A stretch of 64,000 bases of DNA from Nemertoderma westbladi. Taxonomy: Eukaryota; Animalia; Xenacoelomorpha. Numbering within the stretch: the stretch's first letter is position 1; the number at the start of each line of letters is the position of its first letter. A program made the translations under genes and the position numbers. The notes beneath the pieces were generated by a model, which had not been told where the DNA came from, made no database searches, and saw only the letters and a program-made list of their open reading frames with translations. The DNA is taken from positions 1 through 64,000 of the forward strand of contig JAUCBJ010005520.1 of assembly GCA_032718475.1 (NCBI GenBank). The letters run 5' to 3'. Below, in pieces: positions 28,801 to 42,491 of this stretch.

Positions 28801-31800
28801 GGGAAACAAATCGAATTGGCTTGAGTGGTTTCTATACCAACAAACACCCAATCATGTTTGTTCCCCCGACCTTTGCAAACTCGTTCGAACGACTTTACAA
28901 AACTTTGGGAAACAAATCTAATTGGCTGGAGTGGTTTCTATACCAACAAACACCCAATCAAGTTTGTTTCCACGACTTTTGCAAACTCGTTCGAACGACT
29001 TTACAAAACTTTGGGAAACAAATCTAATTGGCTGGAGTGGTTTCTATACCAACAAACACCCAACCAAGCTTGTTCCCCCAACCTTTGCAAACTCGTTTGA
29101 ACGACTTTACAAAACTCTGGGATACAAATCTAATTGGCTGGAGTGGTTTCTATACCAACAAACACCCAATCATGTTTGTTCCCCCGACTTTTGCAAACTC
29201 GTTCGAACGACTTTACAAAACTTTGGGAAACAAATCTAATTGGCTGGAGTGGTTTCTATACCAACAAACACCCAATCAAGTTTGTTTCCACGACTTTTGT
29301 AAACTCGTTCGAACGACTTTACAAAACTTTGGGAAACAAATCTAATTGGCTGGAGTGGTTTCTATACCAACAAACACCCAATCATGTTTGTTCCCCCGAC
29401 TTTTGCAAACTCGTTCGAACGACTTTACAAAACTTTGGGAAACAAATCTAATTGGCTGGAGTGGTTTCTATACCAACAAACACCCAATCATGTTTGTTCC
29501 CCCGACTTTTGCAAACTCGTTCGAACGACTTTACAAAACTCGGGGAAACAAATCTAATTGGCTGGAGTGGTTCCTATACCAACAAACACCCAACCAAGCT
29601 TGTTCCCCCAACCTTTGCAAACTCGTTTGAACGACTTTACAAAACTCGGGGAAACAAATCTAATTGGCTGGAGTGGTTTCTATACCAACAAACACCCAAT
29701 CATGTTTGTTCCCCCGACTTTTGCAAACTCGTTCGAACGACTTTACAAAACTTTGGGAAACAAATCTAATTGACTGGAGTGGTTTCTATACCAACAAACA
29801 CCCAACCAAGCTTGTTCCCCCAACCTTTGCAAACTCGTTCGAACGACTTTACAAAACTTTGGGAAACAAATCTAATTGACTGGAGTGGTTTCTATACCAA
29901 CAAACACCCAATCATGTTTGTTCCCCCGACTTTTGCAAACTCGTTCGAACGACTTTACAAAACTTTGGGAAACAAATCTAATTGACTGGAGTGGTTTCTA
30001 TACCAACAAACACCCAACCAAGCTTGTTCCCCCAACCTTTGCAAACTCGTTTGAACGACTTTACAAAACTCGGGGAAACAAATCTAATTGGCTGGAGTGG
30101 TTTCTATACCAACAAACACCCAACCAAGCTTGTTCCCCCAACCTTTGCAAACTCGTTTGAACGACTTTACAAAACTCGGGGAAACAAATCTAATTGGCTG
30201 GAGTGGTTCCTATACCAACAAACACCCAATCATGTTTGTTCCCCCGACTTTTGCAAACTCGTTCGAACGACTTTACAAAACTTTGGGAAACAAATCTAAT
30301 TGACTGGAGTGGTTTCTATACCAACAAACACCCAACCAAGCTTGTTCCCCAACCTTTGCAAACTCGTTCGAACGACTTTACAAAACTTTGGGAAACAAAT
30401 CTAATTGACTGGAGTGGTTTCTATACCAACAAACACCCAACCAAGCTTGTTCCCCCAACCTTTGCAAACTCGTTTGAACGACTTTACAAAACTTTGGGAA
30501 ACAAATCTAATTGACTGGAGTGGTTTCTATACCAACAAACACCCAACCAAGCTTGTTCCCCCAACCTTTGCAAACTCGTTCGAACGACTTTACAAAACTT
30601 TGGGAAACAAATCTAATTGACTGGAGTGGTTTCTATACCAACAAACACCCAATCATGTTTGTTCCCCCGACTTTTGCAAACTCGTTCGAACGACTTTACA
30701 AAACTTTGGGAAACAAATCTAATTGACTGGAGTGGTTTCTATACCAACAAACACCCAACCAAGCTTGTTCCCCCAACCTTTGCAAACTCGTTCGAACGAC
30801 TTTACAAAACTTTGGGAAACAAATCTAATTGGCTGGAGTGGTTTCTATACCAACAAACACCCAACCAAGCTTGTTCCCCCAACCTTTGCAAACTCGTTTG
30901 AACGACTTTACAAAACTCGGGGAAACAAATCTAATTGGCTGGAGTGGTTTCTATACCAACAAACACCCAACCAAGCTTGTTCCCCCAACCTTTGCAAACT
31001 CGTTTGAACGACTTTACAAAACTCGGGGAAACAAATCTAATTGGCTGGAGTGGTTTCTATACCAACAAACACCCAACCAAGCTTGTTCCCCCAACCTTTG
31101 CAAACTCGTTTGAACGACTTTACAAAACTCGGGGAAACAAATCTAATTGGCTGGAGTGGTTTCTATACCAACAAACACCCAATCATGTTTGTTCCCCCGA
31201 CTTTTGCAAACTCGTTCGAACGACTTTACAATACTTTGGGAAACAAATCTAATTGGCTGGAGTGGTTTCTATACCAACAAACACCCAACCAAGCTTGTTC
31301 CCCCAACCTTTGCAAACTCGTTTGAACGACTTTACAAAACTCGGGGAAACAAATCTAATTGGCTGGAGTGGTTTCTATACCAACAAACACCCAATCATGT
31401 TTGTTCCCCCGACTTTTGCAAACTCGTTCGAACGACTTTACAATACTTTGGGAAACAAATCTAATTGGCTGGAGTGGTTTCTATACCAACAAACACCCAA
31501 CCAAGCTTGTTCCCCCAACCTTTGCAAACTCGTTCGAACGACTTTACAAAACTTTGGGAAACAAATCTAATTGACTGGAGTGGTTTCTATACCAACAAAC
31601 ACCCAATCATGTTTGTTCCCCCGACTTTTGCAAACTCGTTCGAACGACTTTACAAAACTCTGGGAAACAAATCTAATTGGCTGGAGTGGTTTCTATACCA
31701 ACAAACACCCAACCAAGCTTGTTCCCCCAACCTTTGCAAACTCGTTCGAACGACTTTACAAAACTTTGGGAAACAAATCTAATTGACTGGAGTGGTTTCT

Positions 31801-34800
31801 ATACCAACAAACACCCAACCAAGCTTGTTCCCCCAACCTTTGCAAACTCGTTCGAACGACTTTACAAAACTTTGGGAAACAAATCTAATTGGCTGGAGTG
31901 GTTTCTATACCAACAAACACCCAACCAAGCTTGTTCCCCCAACCTTTGCAAACTCGTTTGAACGACTTTACAAAACTCGGGGAAACAAATCTAATTGGCT
32001 GGAGTGGTTTCTATACCAACAAACACCCAACCAAGCTTGTTCCCCCAACCTTTGCAAACTCGTTTGAACGACTTTACAAAACTCGGGGAAACAAATCTAA
32101 TTGGCTGGAGTGGTTCCTATACCAACAAACACCCAATCATGTTTGTTCCCCCGACTTTTGCAAACTCGTTTGAACGACTTTACAAAACTTTGGGAAACAA
32201 ATCTAATTGACTGGAGTGGTTTCTATACCAACAAACACCCAATCATGTTTGTTCCCCCGACTTTTGCAAACTCGTTTGAACGACTTTACAAAACTTTGGG
32301 AAACAAATCTAATTGACTGGAGTGGTTTCTATACCAACAAACACCCAATCATGTTTGTTCCCCCGACTTTTGCAAACTCGTTTGAACGACTTTACAAAAC
32401 TCGGGGAAACAAATCTAATTGGCTGGAGTGGTTTCTATACCAACAAACACCCAACCAAGCTTGTTCCCCCAACCTTTGCAAACTCGTTTGAACGACTTTA
32501 CAAAACTCGGGGAAACAAATCTAATTGGCTGGAGTGGTTTCTATACCAACAAACACCCAACCAAGCTTGTTCCCCCAACCTTTGCAAACTCGTTTGAACG
32601 ACTTTACAAAACTCGGGGAAACAAATCTAATTGGCTGGAGTGGTTCCTATACCAACAAACACCCAATCATGTTTGTTCCCCCGACTTTTGCAAACTCGTT
32701 TGAACGACTTTACAAAACTTTGGGAAACAAATCTAATTGGCTGGAGTGGTTTCTATACCAACAAACACCCAACCAAGCTTGTTCCCCCAACCTTTGCAAA
32801 CTCGTTTGAACGACTTTACAAAACTTTGGGAAACAAATCTAATTGGCTGGAGTGGTTTCTATACCAACAAACACCCAACCAAGCTTGTTCCCCCAACCTT
32901 TGCAAACTCGTTTGAACGACTTTACAAAACTTTGGGAAACAAATCTAATTGGCTCGAGTGGTTTCTATACCAACAAACACCCAACCAAGCTTGTTCCCCC
33001 GACATTTGCAAACTCGTTCGAACGACTTTACAAAACTTTGGGAAACAAATCTAATTGGCTGGAGTGGTTTCTATACCAACAAACACCCAACCAAGCTTGT
33101 TCCCCCAACCTTTGCAAACTCGTTTGAACGACTTTACAAAACTCGGGGAAACAAATCTAATTGGCTGGAGTGGTTTCTATACCAACAAACACCCAACCAA
33201 GCTTGTTCCCCCAACCTTTGCAAACTCGTTTGAACGACTTTACAAAACTTTGGGAAACAAATCTAATTGGCTGGAGTGGTTTCTATACCAACAAACACCC
33301 AATCATGTTTGTTCCCCCGACTTTTGCAAACTCGTTCGAACGACTTTACAAAACTCTGGGAAACAAATCTAATTGGCTGGAGTGGTTTCTATACCAACAA
33401 ACACCCAACCAAGCTTGTTCCCCCAACCTTTGCAAACTCGTTTGAACGACTTTACAAAACTTTGGGAAACAAATCTAATTGGCTGGAGTGGTTTCTATAC
33501 CAACAAACACCCAATCATGTTTGTTCCCCCGACTTTTGCAATCTCGTTCGAACGACTTTACAAAACTTTGGGAAACAAATCTAATTGGCTGGAGTGGTTT
33601 CTATACCAACAAACACCCAATCAAGTTTGTTTCCACGACTTTTGCAAACTCGTTCGAACGACTTTACAAAACTTTGGGAAACAAATCTAATTGGCTGGAG
33701 TGGTTTCTATACCAACAAACACCCAATCATGTTTGTTCCCCCGACTTTTGCAATCTCGTTCGAACGACTTTACAAAACTTTGGGAAACAAATCTAATTGG
33801 CTGGAGTGGTTTCTATACCAACAAACACCCAATCAAGTTTGTTTCCACGACTTTTGCAAACTCGTTCGAACGACTTTACAAAACTTTGGGAAACAAATCT
33901 AATTGGCTGGAGTGGTTTCTATACCAACAAACACCCAATCATGTTTGTTCCCCCGACTTTTGCAAACTCGTTCGAACGACTTTACAAAACTCTGGGATAC
34001 AAATCTAATTGGCTGGAGTGGTTCCTATACCAACAAACACCCAATCATGTTTGTTCCCCCGACTTTTGCAAACTCGTTCGAACGACTTTACAATACTTTG
34101 GGAAACAAATCTAATTGGCTGGAGTGGTTTCTATACCAACAAACACCCAACCAAGCTTGTTCCCCCAACCTTTGCAAACTCGTTTGAACGACTTTACAAA
34201 ACTTTGGGAAACAAATCTAATTGGCTGGAGTGGTTTCTATACCAACAAACACCCAACCAAGCTTGTTCCCCCAACCTTTGCAAACTCGTTTGAACGACTT
34301 TACAAAACTTTGGGAAACAAATCTAATTGGTTGGAGTGGTTTCTATACCAAAAAACACGCAACCAAGCTTGTTCCCCCGACATTTGCAAACTCGTTCGTA
34401 CGACTTTACAAAACTTTGGGAAACAAATCTAATTGGCTGGAGTGGTTTCTATACCAAAAAACACCCAACCAAGCTTGTTCCCCCGACATTTGCAAACTCG
34501 TTCGAACGACTTTACAAAACTCTGGGATACAAATCTAATTGGCTGGAGTGGTTCCTATACCAACAAACACCCAATCATGTTTGTTCCCCCGACTTTTGCA
34601 AACTCGTTTGAACGACTTTACAAAACTTTGGGAAACAAATCTAATTGGCTGGAGTGGTTTCTATACCAACAAACACCCAACCAAGCTTGTTCCCCCAACC
34701 TTTGCAAACTCGTTTGAACGACTTTACAAAACTTTGGGAAACAAATGAAATTGGCTGGAGTGGTTTCTATACCAAAAAACACCCAATCATGTTTGTTCCC

Positions 34801-35174
34801 CCGACTTTTGCAAACTCGTTTGAACGACTTTACAAAACTCAGGGAAACAAATCTAATTGGCTGGAGTGGTTTCTATACCAACAAACACCCAATCAAGTTT
34901 GTTTCCACGACTTTTGCAAACTCGTTCGAACGACTTTACAAAACTTTGGGAAACAAATCTAATTGGCTGGAGTGGTTTCTATACCAACAAACACCCAACC
35001 AAGCTTGTTCCCCCGACTTTTGCAAACTCGTTTGAACGACTTTACAAAACTCAGGGAAACAAATCTAATTGGCTGGAGTGGTTTCTATACCAACAAACAC
35101 CCAATCATGTTTGTTCCCCCGACTTTTGCAAACTCGTTTGAACGACTTTACAATACTTTGGGAAACAAATCTAA

Positions 35175-37082
35175 TTGGCTGGAGTGGTTTCTATACCAAC
35201 AAACACCCAACCAAGCTTGTTCCCCCGACTTTTGCAAACTCGTTTGAACGACTTTACAAAACTCAGGGAAACAAATCTAATTGGCTGGAGTGGTTTCTAT
35301 ACCAACAAACACCCAATCATGTTTGTTCCCCCGACTTTTGCAAACTCGTTTGAACGACTTTACAATACTTTGGGAAACAAATCTAATTGGCTGGAGTGGT
35401 TTCTATACCAACAAACACCCAACCAAGCTTGTTCCCCCAACCTTTGCAAACTCGTTTGAACGACTTTACAAAACTCTGGGAAACAAATCTAATTGGCTGG
35501 AGTGGTTTCTATACCAACAAACACCCAACCAAGCTTGTTCCCCCGACTTTTGCAAACTCGTTTGAACGACTTTACAAAACTTTGGGAAACAAATCTAATT
35601 GGCTGGAGTGGTTTCTATACCAACAAACACCCAACCAAGCTTGTTCCCCCGACTTTTGCAAACTCGTTTGAACGACTTTACAAAACTCAGGGAAACAAAT
35701 CTAATTGGCTGGAGTGGTTTCTATACCAACAAACACCCAACCAAGCTTGTTCCCCCGACTTTTGCAAACTCGTTTGAACGACTTTACAAAACTCTGGGAA
35801 ACAAATCTAATTGGCTGGAGTGGTTTCTATACCAACAAACACCCAATCATGTTTGTTCCCCCGACTTTTGCAAACTCGTTTGAACGACTTTACAATACTT
35901 TGGGAAACAAATCTAATTGGCTGGAGTGGTTTCTATACCAACAAACACCCAACCAAGCTTGTTCCCCCAACCTTTGCAAACTCGTTTGAACGACTTTACA
36001 AAACTCTGGGAAACAAATCTAATTGGCTGGAGTGGTTTCTATACCAACAAATACCCAACCAAGCTTGTTCCCCCGACTTTTGCAAACTCGTTTGAACGAC
36101 TTTACAAAACTTTGGGAAACAAATCTAATTGGCTGGAGTGGTTTCTATACCAACAAACACCCAACCAAGCTTGTTCCCCCGACTTTTGCAAACTCGTTTG
36201 AACGACTTTACAAAACTCAGGGAAACAAATCTAATTGGCTGGAGTGGTTTCTATACCAACAAACACCCAATCATGTTTGTTCCCCCGACTTTTGCAAACT
36301 CGTTTGAACGACTTTACAATACTTTGGGAAACAAATCTAATTGGCTGGAGTGGTTTCTATACCAACAAACACCCAACCAAGCTTGTTCCCCCAACCTTTG
36401 CAAACTCGTTTGAACGACTTTACAAAACTCTGGGAAACAAATCTAATTGGCTGGAGTGGTTTCTATACCAACAAACACCCAACCAAGCTTGTTCCCCCGA
36501 CTTTTGCAAACTCGTTTGAACGACTTTACAAAACTTTGGGAAACAAATCTAATTGGCTGGAGTGGTTTCTATACCAACAAACACCCAACCAAGCTTGTTC
36601 CCCCGACTTTTGCAAACTCGTTTGAACGACTTTACAAAACTCAGGGAAACAAATCTAATTGGCTGGAGTGGTTTCTATACCAACAAACACCCAACCAAGC
36701 TTGTTCCCCCGACTTTTGCAAACTCGTTTGAACGACTTTACAAAACTCTGGGAAACAAATCTAATTGGCTGGAGTGGTTTCTATACCAACAAACACCCAA
36801 TCATGTTTGTTCCCCCGACTTTTGCAAACTCGTTTGAACGACTTTACAATACTTTGGGAAACAAATCTAATTGGCTGGAGTGGTTTCTATACCAACAAAC
36901 ACCCAACCAAGCTTGTTCCCCCAACCTTTGCAAACTCGTTTGAACGACTTTACAAAACTCTGGGAAACAAATCTAATTGGCTGGAGTGGTTTCTATACCA
37001 ACAAACACCCAACCAAGCTTGTTCCCCCGACTTTTGCAAACTCGTTTGAACGACTTTACAAAACTTTGGGAAACAAATCTAA
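35175..37082 (+). repeat. Tandem duplication of a 954-bp block (9 monomers)
   Basis: Variant order repeats at +954 (ORF-track pairs 35281/36235, 35387/36341, 35599/36553). Confidence 0.8.
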
Positions 37083-40000
37083 TTGGCTGGAGTGGTTTCT
37101 ATACCAACAAACACCCAACCAAGCTTGTTCCCCCGACTTTTGCAAACTCGTTTGAACGACTTTACAAAACTCAGGGAAACAAATCTAATTGGCTGGAGTG
37201 GTTTCTATACCAACAAACACCCAATCATGTTTGTTCCCCCGACTTTTGCAAACTCGTTTGAACGACTTTACAATACTTTGGGAAACAAATCTAATTGGCT
37301 GGAGTGGTTTCTATACCAACAAACACCCAACCAAGCTTGTTCCCCCGACTTTTGCAAACTCGTTTGAACGACTTTACAAAACTCAGGGAAACAAATCTAA
37401 TTGGTTGGAGTGGTTTCTATACCAACAAACACCCAATCATGTTTGTTCCCCCGACTTTTGCAAACTCGTTTGAACGACTTTACAATACTTTGGGAAACAA
37501 ATCTAATTGGCTGGAGTGGTTTCTATACCAACAAACACCCAACCAAGCTTGTTCCCCCGACTTTTGCAAACTCGTTTGAACGACTTTACAAAACTCAGGG
37601 AAACAAATCTAATTGGTTGGAGTGGTTTCTATACCAACAAACACCCAATCATGTTTGTTCCCCCGACTTTTGCAAACTCGTTTGAACGACTTTACAATAC
37701 TTTGGGAAACAAATCTAATTGGCTGGAGTGGTTTCTATACCAACAAACACCCAACCAAGCTTGTTCCCCCAACCTTTGCAAACTCGTTCGAACGACTTTA
37801 CAAAACTTTGGGAAACAAATCTAATTGACTGGAGTGGTTTCTATACCAACAAACACCCAACCAAGCTTGTTCCCCCGACTTTTGCAAACTCGTTTGAACG
37901 ACTTTACAATACTTTGGGAAACAAATCTAATTGGCTGGAGTGGTTTCTATACCAACAAACACCCAACCAAGCTTGTTCCCCCAACCTTTGCAAACTCGTT
38001 TGAACGACTTTACAAAACTCTGGGAAACAAATCTAATTGGCTGGAGTGGTTTCTATACCAAAAAACACCCAATCATGTTTGTTCCCCCGACTTTTGCAAA
38101 CTCGTTTGAACGACTTTACAAAACTTTGGGAAACAAATCTAATTGGCTGGAGTGGTTCCTATACCAACAAACACCCAATCATGTTTGTTCCCCCGACTTT
38201 TGCAAACTCGTTTGAACGACTTTACAAAACTTTGGGAAACAAATCTAATTGGCTGGAGTGGTTTCTATACCAACAAACACCCAATCAAGTTTGTTTCCAC
38301 GACTTTTGCAAACTCGTTCGAACGACTTTACAAAACTTTGGGAAACAAATCTAATTGGCTGGAGTGGTTTCTATACCAACAAACACCCAATCATGTTTGT
38401 TCCCCCGACTTTTGCAAACTCGTTCGAACGACTTTACAAAACTCTGGGATACAAATCTAATTGGCTGGAGTGGTTCCTATACCAACAAACACCCAATCAT
38501 GTTTGTTCCCCCGACTTTTGCAAACTCGTTCGAACGACTTTACAATACTTTGGGAAACAAATCTAATTGGCTGGAGTGGTTTCTATACCAACAAACACCC
38601 AACCAAGCTTGTTCCCCCAACCTTTGCAAACTCGTTTGAACGACTTTACAAAACTTTGGGAAACAAATCTAATTGGCTGGAGTGGTTTCTATACCAACAA
38701 ACACCCAACCAAGCTTGTTCCCCCAACCTTTGCAAACTCGTTCGAACGACTTTACAAAACTCTGGGATACAAATCTAATTGGCTGGAGTGGTTCCTATAC
38801 CAACAAACACCCAATCATGTTTGTTCCCCCGACTTTTGCAAACTCGTTTGAACGACTTTACAAAACTTTGGGAAACAAATCTAATTGGCTGGAGTGGTTT
38901 CTATACCAACAAACACCCAACCAAGCTTGTTCCCCCAATTTTTGCAAACTCGTTTGAACGACTTTACAAAACTTTGGGAAACAAATGAAATTGGCTGGAG
39001 TGGTTTCTATACCAAAAAACACCCAATCATGTTTGTTCCCCCGACTTTTGCAAACTCGTTCGAACGACTTTACAAAACTTTGGGAAACAAATCTAATTGG
39101 CTGGAGTGGTTTCTATACCAACAAACACCCAACCAAGCTTGTTCCCCCGACTTTTGCAAACTCGTTTGAACGACTTTACAAAACTCAGGGAAACAAATCT
39201 AATTGGCTGGAGTGGTTTCTATACCAACAAACACCCAATCATGTTTGTTCCCCCGACTTTTGCAAACTCGTTTGAACGACTTTACAAAACTCGGGGAAAC
39301 AAATCTAATTGGCTCGAGTGGTTTCTATACCAAAAAACACCCAATCATGTTTGTTCCCCCGACTTTTGCAAACTCGTTCGAACGACTTTACAAAACTTTG
39401 GGAAACAAATCTAATTGGCTGGAGTGGTTTCTATACCAACAAACACCCAACCAAGCTTGTTCCCCCGACATTTGCAAACTCGTTCGAACGACTTTACAAA
39501 ACTTTGGGAAACAAATCTAATTGGCTGGAGTGGTTTCTATACCAACAAACACCCAACCAAGCTTGTTCCCCCAACCTTTGCAAACTCGTTTGAACGACTT
39601 TACAAAACTCTGGGAAACAAATCTAATTGGCTGGAGTGGTTTCTATACCAAAAAAACACCCAATCATGTTTGTTCCCCCGACTTTTGCAAACTCGTTCGA
39701 ACGACTTTACAAAACTTTGGGAAACAAATCTAATTGGCTGGAGTGGTTTCTATACCAACAAACACCCAACCAAGCTTGTTCCCCCGACATTTGCAAACTC
39801 GTTCGAACGACTTTACAAAACTCTGGGATACAAATCTAATTGGCTGGAGTGGTTCCTATACCAACAAACACCCAATCATGTTTGTTCCCCCGACTTTTGC
39901 AAACTCGTTTGAACGACTTTACAAAACTTTGGGAAACAAATCTAATTGGCTGGAGTGGTTTCTATACCAACAAACACCCAACCAAGCTTGTTCCCCCAAC

Positions 40001-42491
40001 CTTTGCAAACTCGTTCGAACGACTTTACAAAACTTTGGGAAACAAATCTAATTGGCTGGAGTGGTTTCTATACCAACAAACACCCAACCAAGCTTGTTCC
40101 CCCGACTTTTGCAAACTCGTTTGAACGACTTTACAAAACTCAGGGAAACAAATCTAATTGGCTGGAGTGGTTTCTATACCAACAAACACCCAATCATGTT
40201 TGTTCCCCCGACTTTTGCAAACTCGTTCGAACGACTTTACAAAACTTTGGGAAACAAATCTAATTGGCTGGAGTGGTTCCTATACCAACAAACACCCAAT
40301 CATGTTTGTTCCCCCGACTTTTGCAAACTCGTTTGAACGACTTTACAAAACTTTGGGAAACAAATCTAATTGGCTGGAGTGGTTTCTATACCAACAAACA
40401 CCCAACCAAGCTTGTTCCCCCAACCTTTGCAAACTCGTTTGAACGACTTTACAAAACTTTGGGAAACAAATGAAATTGGCTGGAGTGGTTTCTATACCAA
40501 CAAACACCCAACCAAGCTTGTTCCCCCGACTTTTGCAAACTCGTTTGAACGACTTTACAAAACTCAGGGAAACAAATCTAATTGGCTGGAGTGGTTTCTA
40601 TACCAACAAACACCCAATCATGTTTGTTCCCCCGACTTTTGCAAACTCGTTCGAACGACTTTACAAAACTTTGGGAAACAAATCTAATTGGCTGGAGTGG
40701 TTTCCATACCAACAAATACCCAACCAAGCTTGTTCCCCCAACCTTTGCAAACTCGTTTGAACGACTTTACAAAACTTTGGGAAACAAATGAAATTGGCTG
40801 GAGTGGTTTCTATACCAACAAACACCCAATCATGTTTGTTCCCCCGACTTTTGCAAACTCGTTCGAACGACTTTACAAAACTTTGGGAAACAAATGAAAT
40901 TGGCTGGAGTGGTTTCTATACCAACAAACACCCAATCATGTTTGTTCCCCCGACTTTTGCAAACTCGTTCGAACGACTTTACAAAACTTTGGGAAACAAA
41001 TGAAATTGGCTGGAGTGGTTTCTATACCAAAAAACACCCAATCATGTTTGTTCCCCCGACTTTTGCAAACTCGTTCGAACGACTTTACAAAACTTTGGGA
41101 AACAAATGAAATTGGCTGGAGTGGTTTCTATACCAAAAAAACACCCAATCATGTTTGTTCCCCCGACTTTTGCAATCTCGTTCGAACGACTTTACAAAAC
41201 TTTGGGAAACAAATGAAATTGGCTGGAGTGGTTTCTATACCAAAAAAACACCCAATCATGTTTGTTCCCCCGACTTTTGCAAACTCGTTCGAACGACTTT
41301 ACAAAACTTTGGGAAACAAATCTAATTGGCTGGAGTGGTTTCTATACCAACAAACACCCAACCAAGCTTGTTCCCCCGACATTTGCAAACTCGTTCGAAC
41401 GACTTTACAAAACTCTGGGATACAAATCTAATTGGCTGGAGTGGTTCCTATACCAACAAACACCCAATCATGTTTGTTCCCCCGACTTTTGCAAACTCGT
41501 TTGAACGACTTTACAAAACTTTGGGAAACAAATCTAATTGGCTGGAGTGGTTTCTATACCAACAAACACCCAACCAAGCTTGTTCCCCCAACCTTTGCAA
41601 ACTCGTTTGAACGACTTTACAAAACTTTGGGAAACAAATCTAATTGGCTGGAGTGGTTTCTATACCAAAAAACACCCAATCATGTTTGTTCCCCCGACTT
41701 TTGCAAACTCGTTCGAACGACTTTACAAAACTTTGGGAAACAAATCTAATTGGCTGGAGTGGTTTCTATACCAACAAACACCCAACCAAGCTTGTTCCCC
41801 CGACTTTTGCAAACTCGTTTGAACGACTTTACAAAACTCAGGGAAACAAATCTAATTGGCTGGAGTGGTTTCTATACCAACAAACACCCAATCATGTTTG
41901 TTCCCCCGACTTTTGCAAACTCGTTTGAACGACTTTACAATACTTTGGGAAACAAATCTAATTGGCTGGAGTGGTTTCTATACCAACAAACACCCAACCA
42001 AGCTTGTTCCCCCAACCTTTGCAAACTCGTTTGAACGACTTTACAAAACTCTGGGAAACAAATCTAATTGGCTGGAGTGGTTTCTATACCAAAAAACACC
42101 CAATCATGTTTGTTCCCCCGACTTTTGCAAACTCGTTTGAACGACTTTACAAAACTTTGGGAAACAAATCTAATTGGCTGGAGTGGTTTCTATACCAAAA
42201 AACACCCAATCATGTTTGTTCCCCCGACTTTTGCAAACTCGTTTGAACGACTATACAAAACTTTGGGAAACAAATCTAATTGGCTGGAGTGGTTTCTATA
42301 CCAACAAACACCCAACCAAGCTTGTTCCCCCAACCTTTGCAAACTCGTTTGAACGACTTTACAAAACTCTGGGAAACAAATCTAATTGGCTGGAGTGGTT
42401 TCTATACCAAAAAACACCCAATCATGTTTGTTCCCCCGACTTTTGCAAACTCGTTCGAACGACTTTACAAAACTCTGGGATACAAATCTAA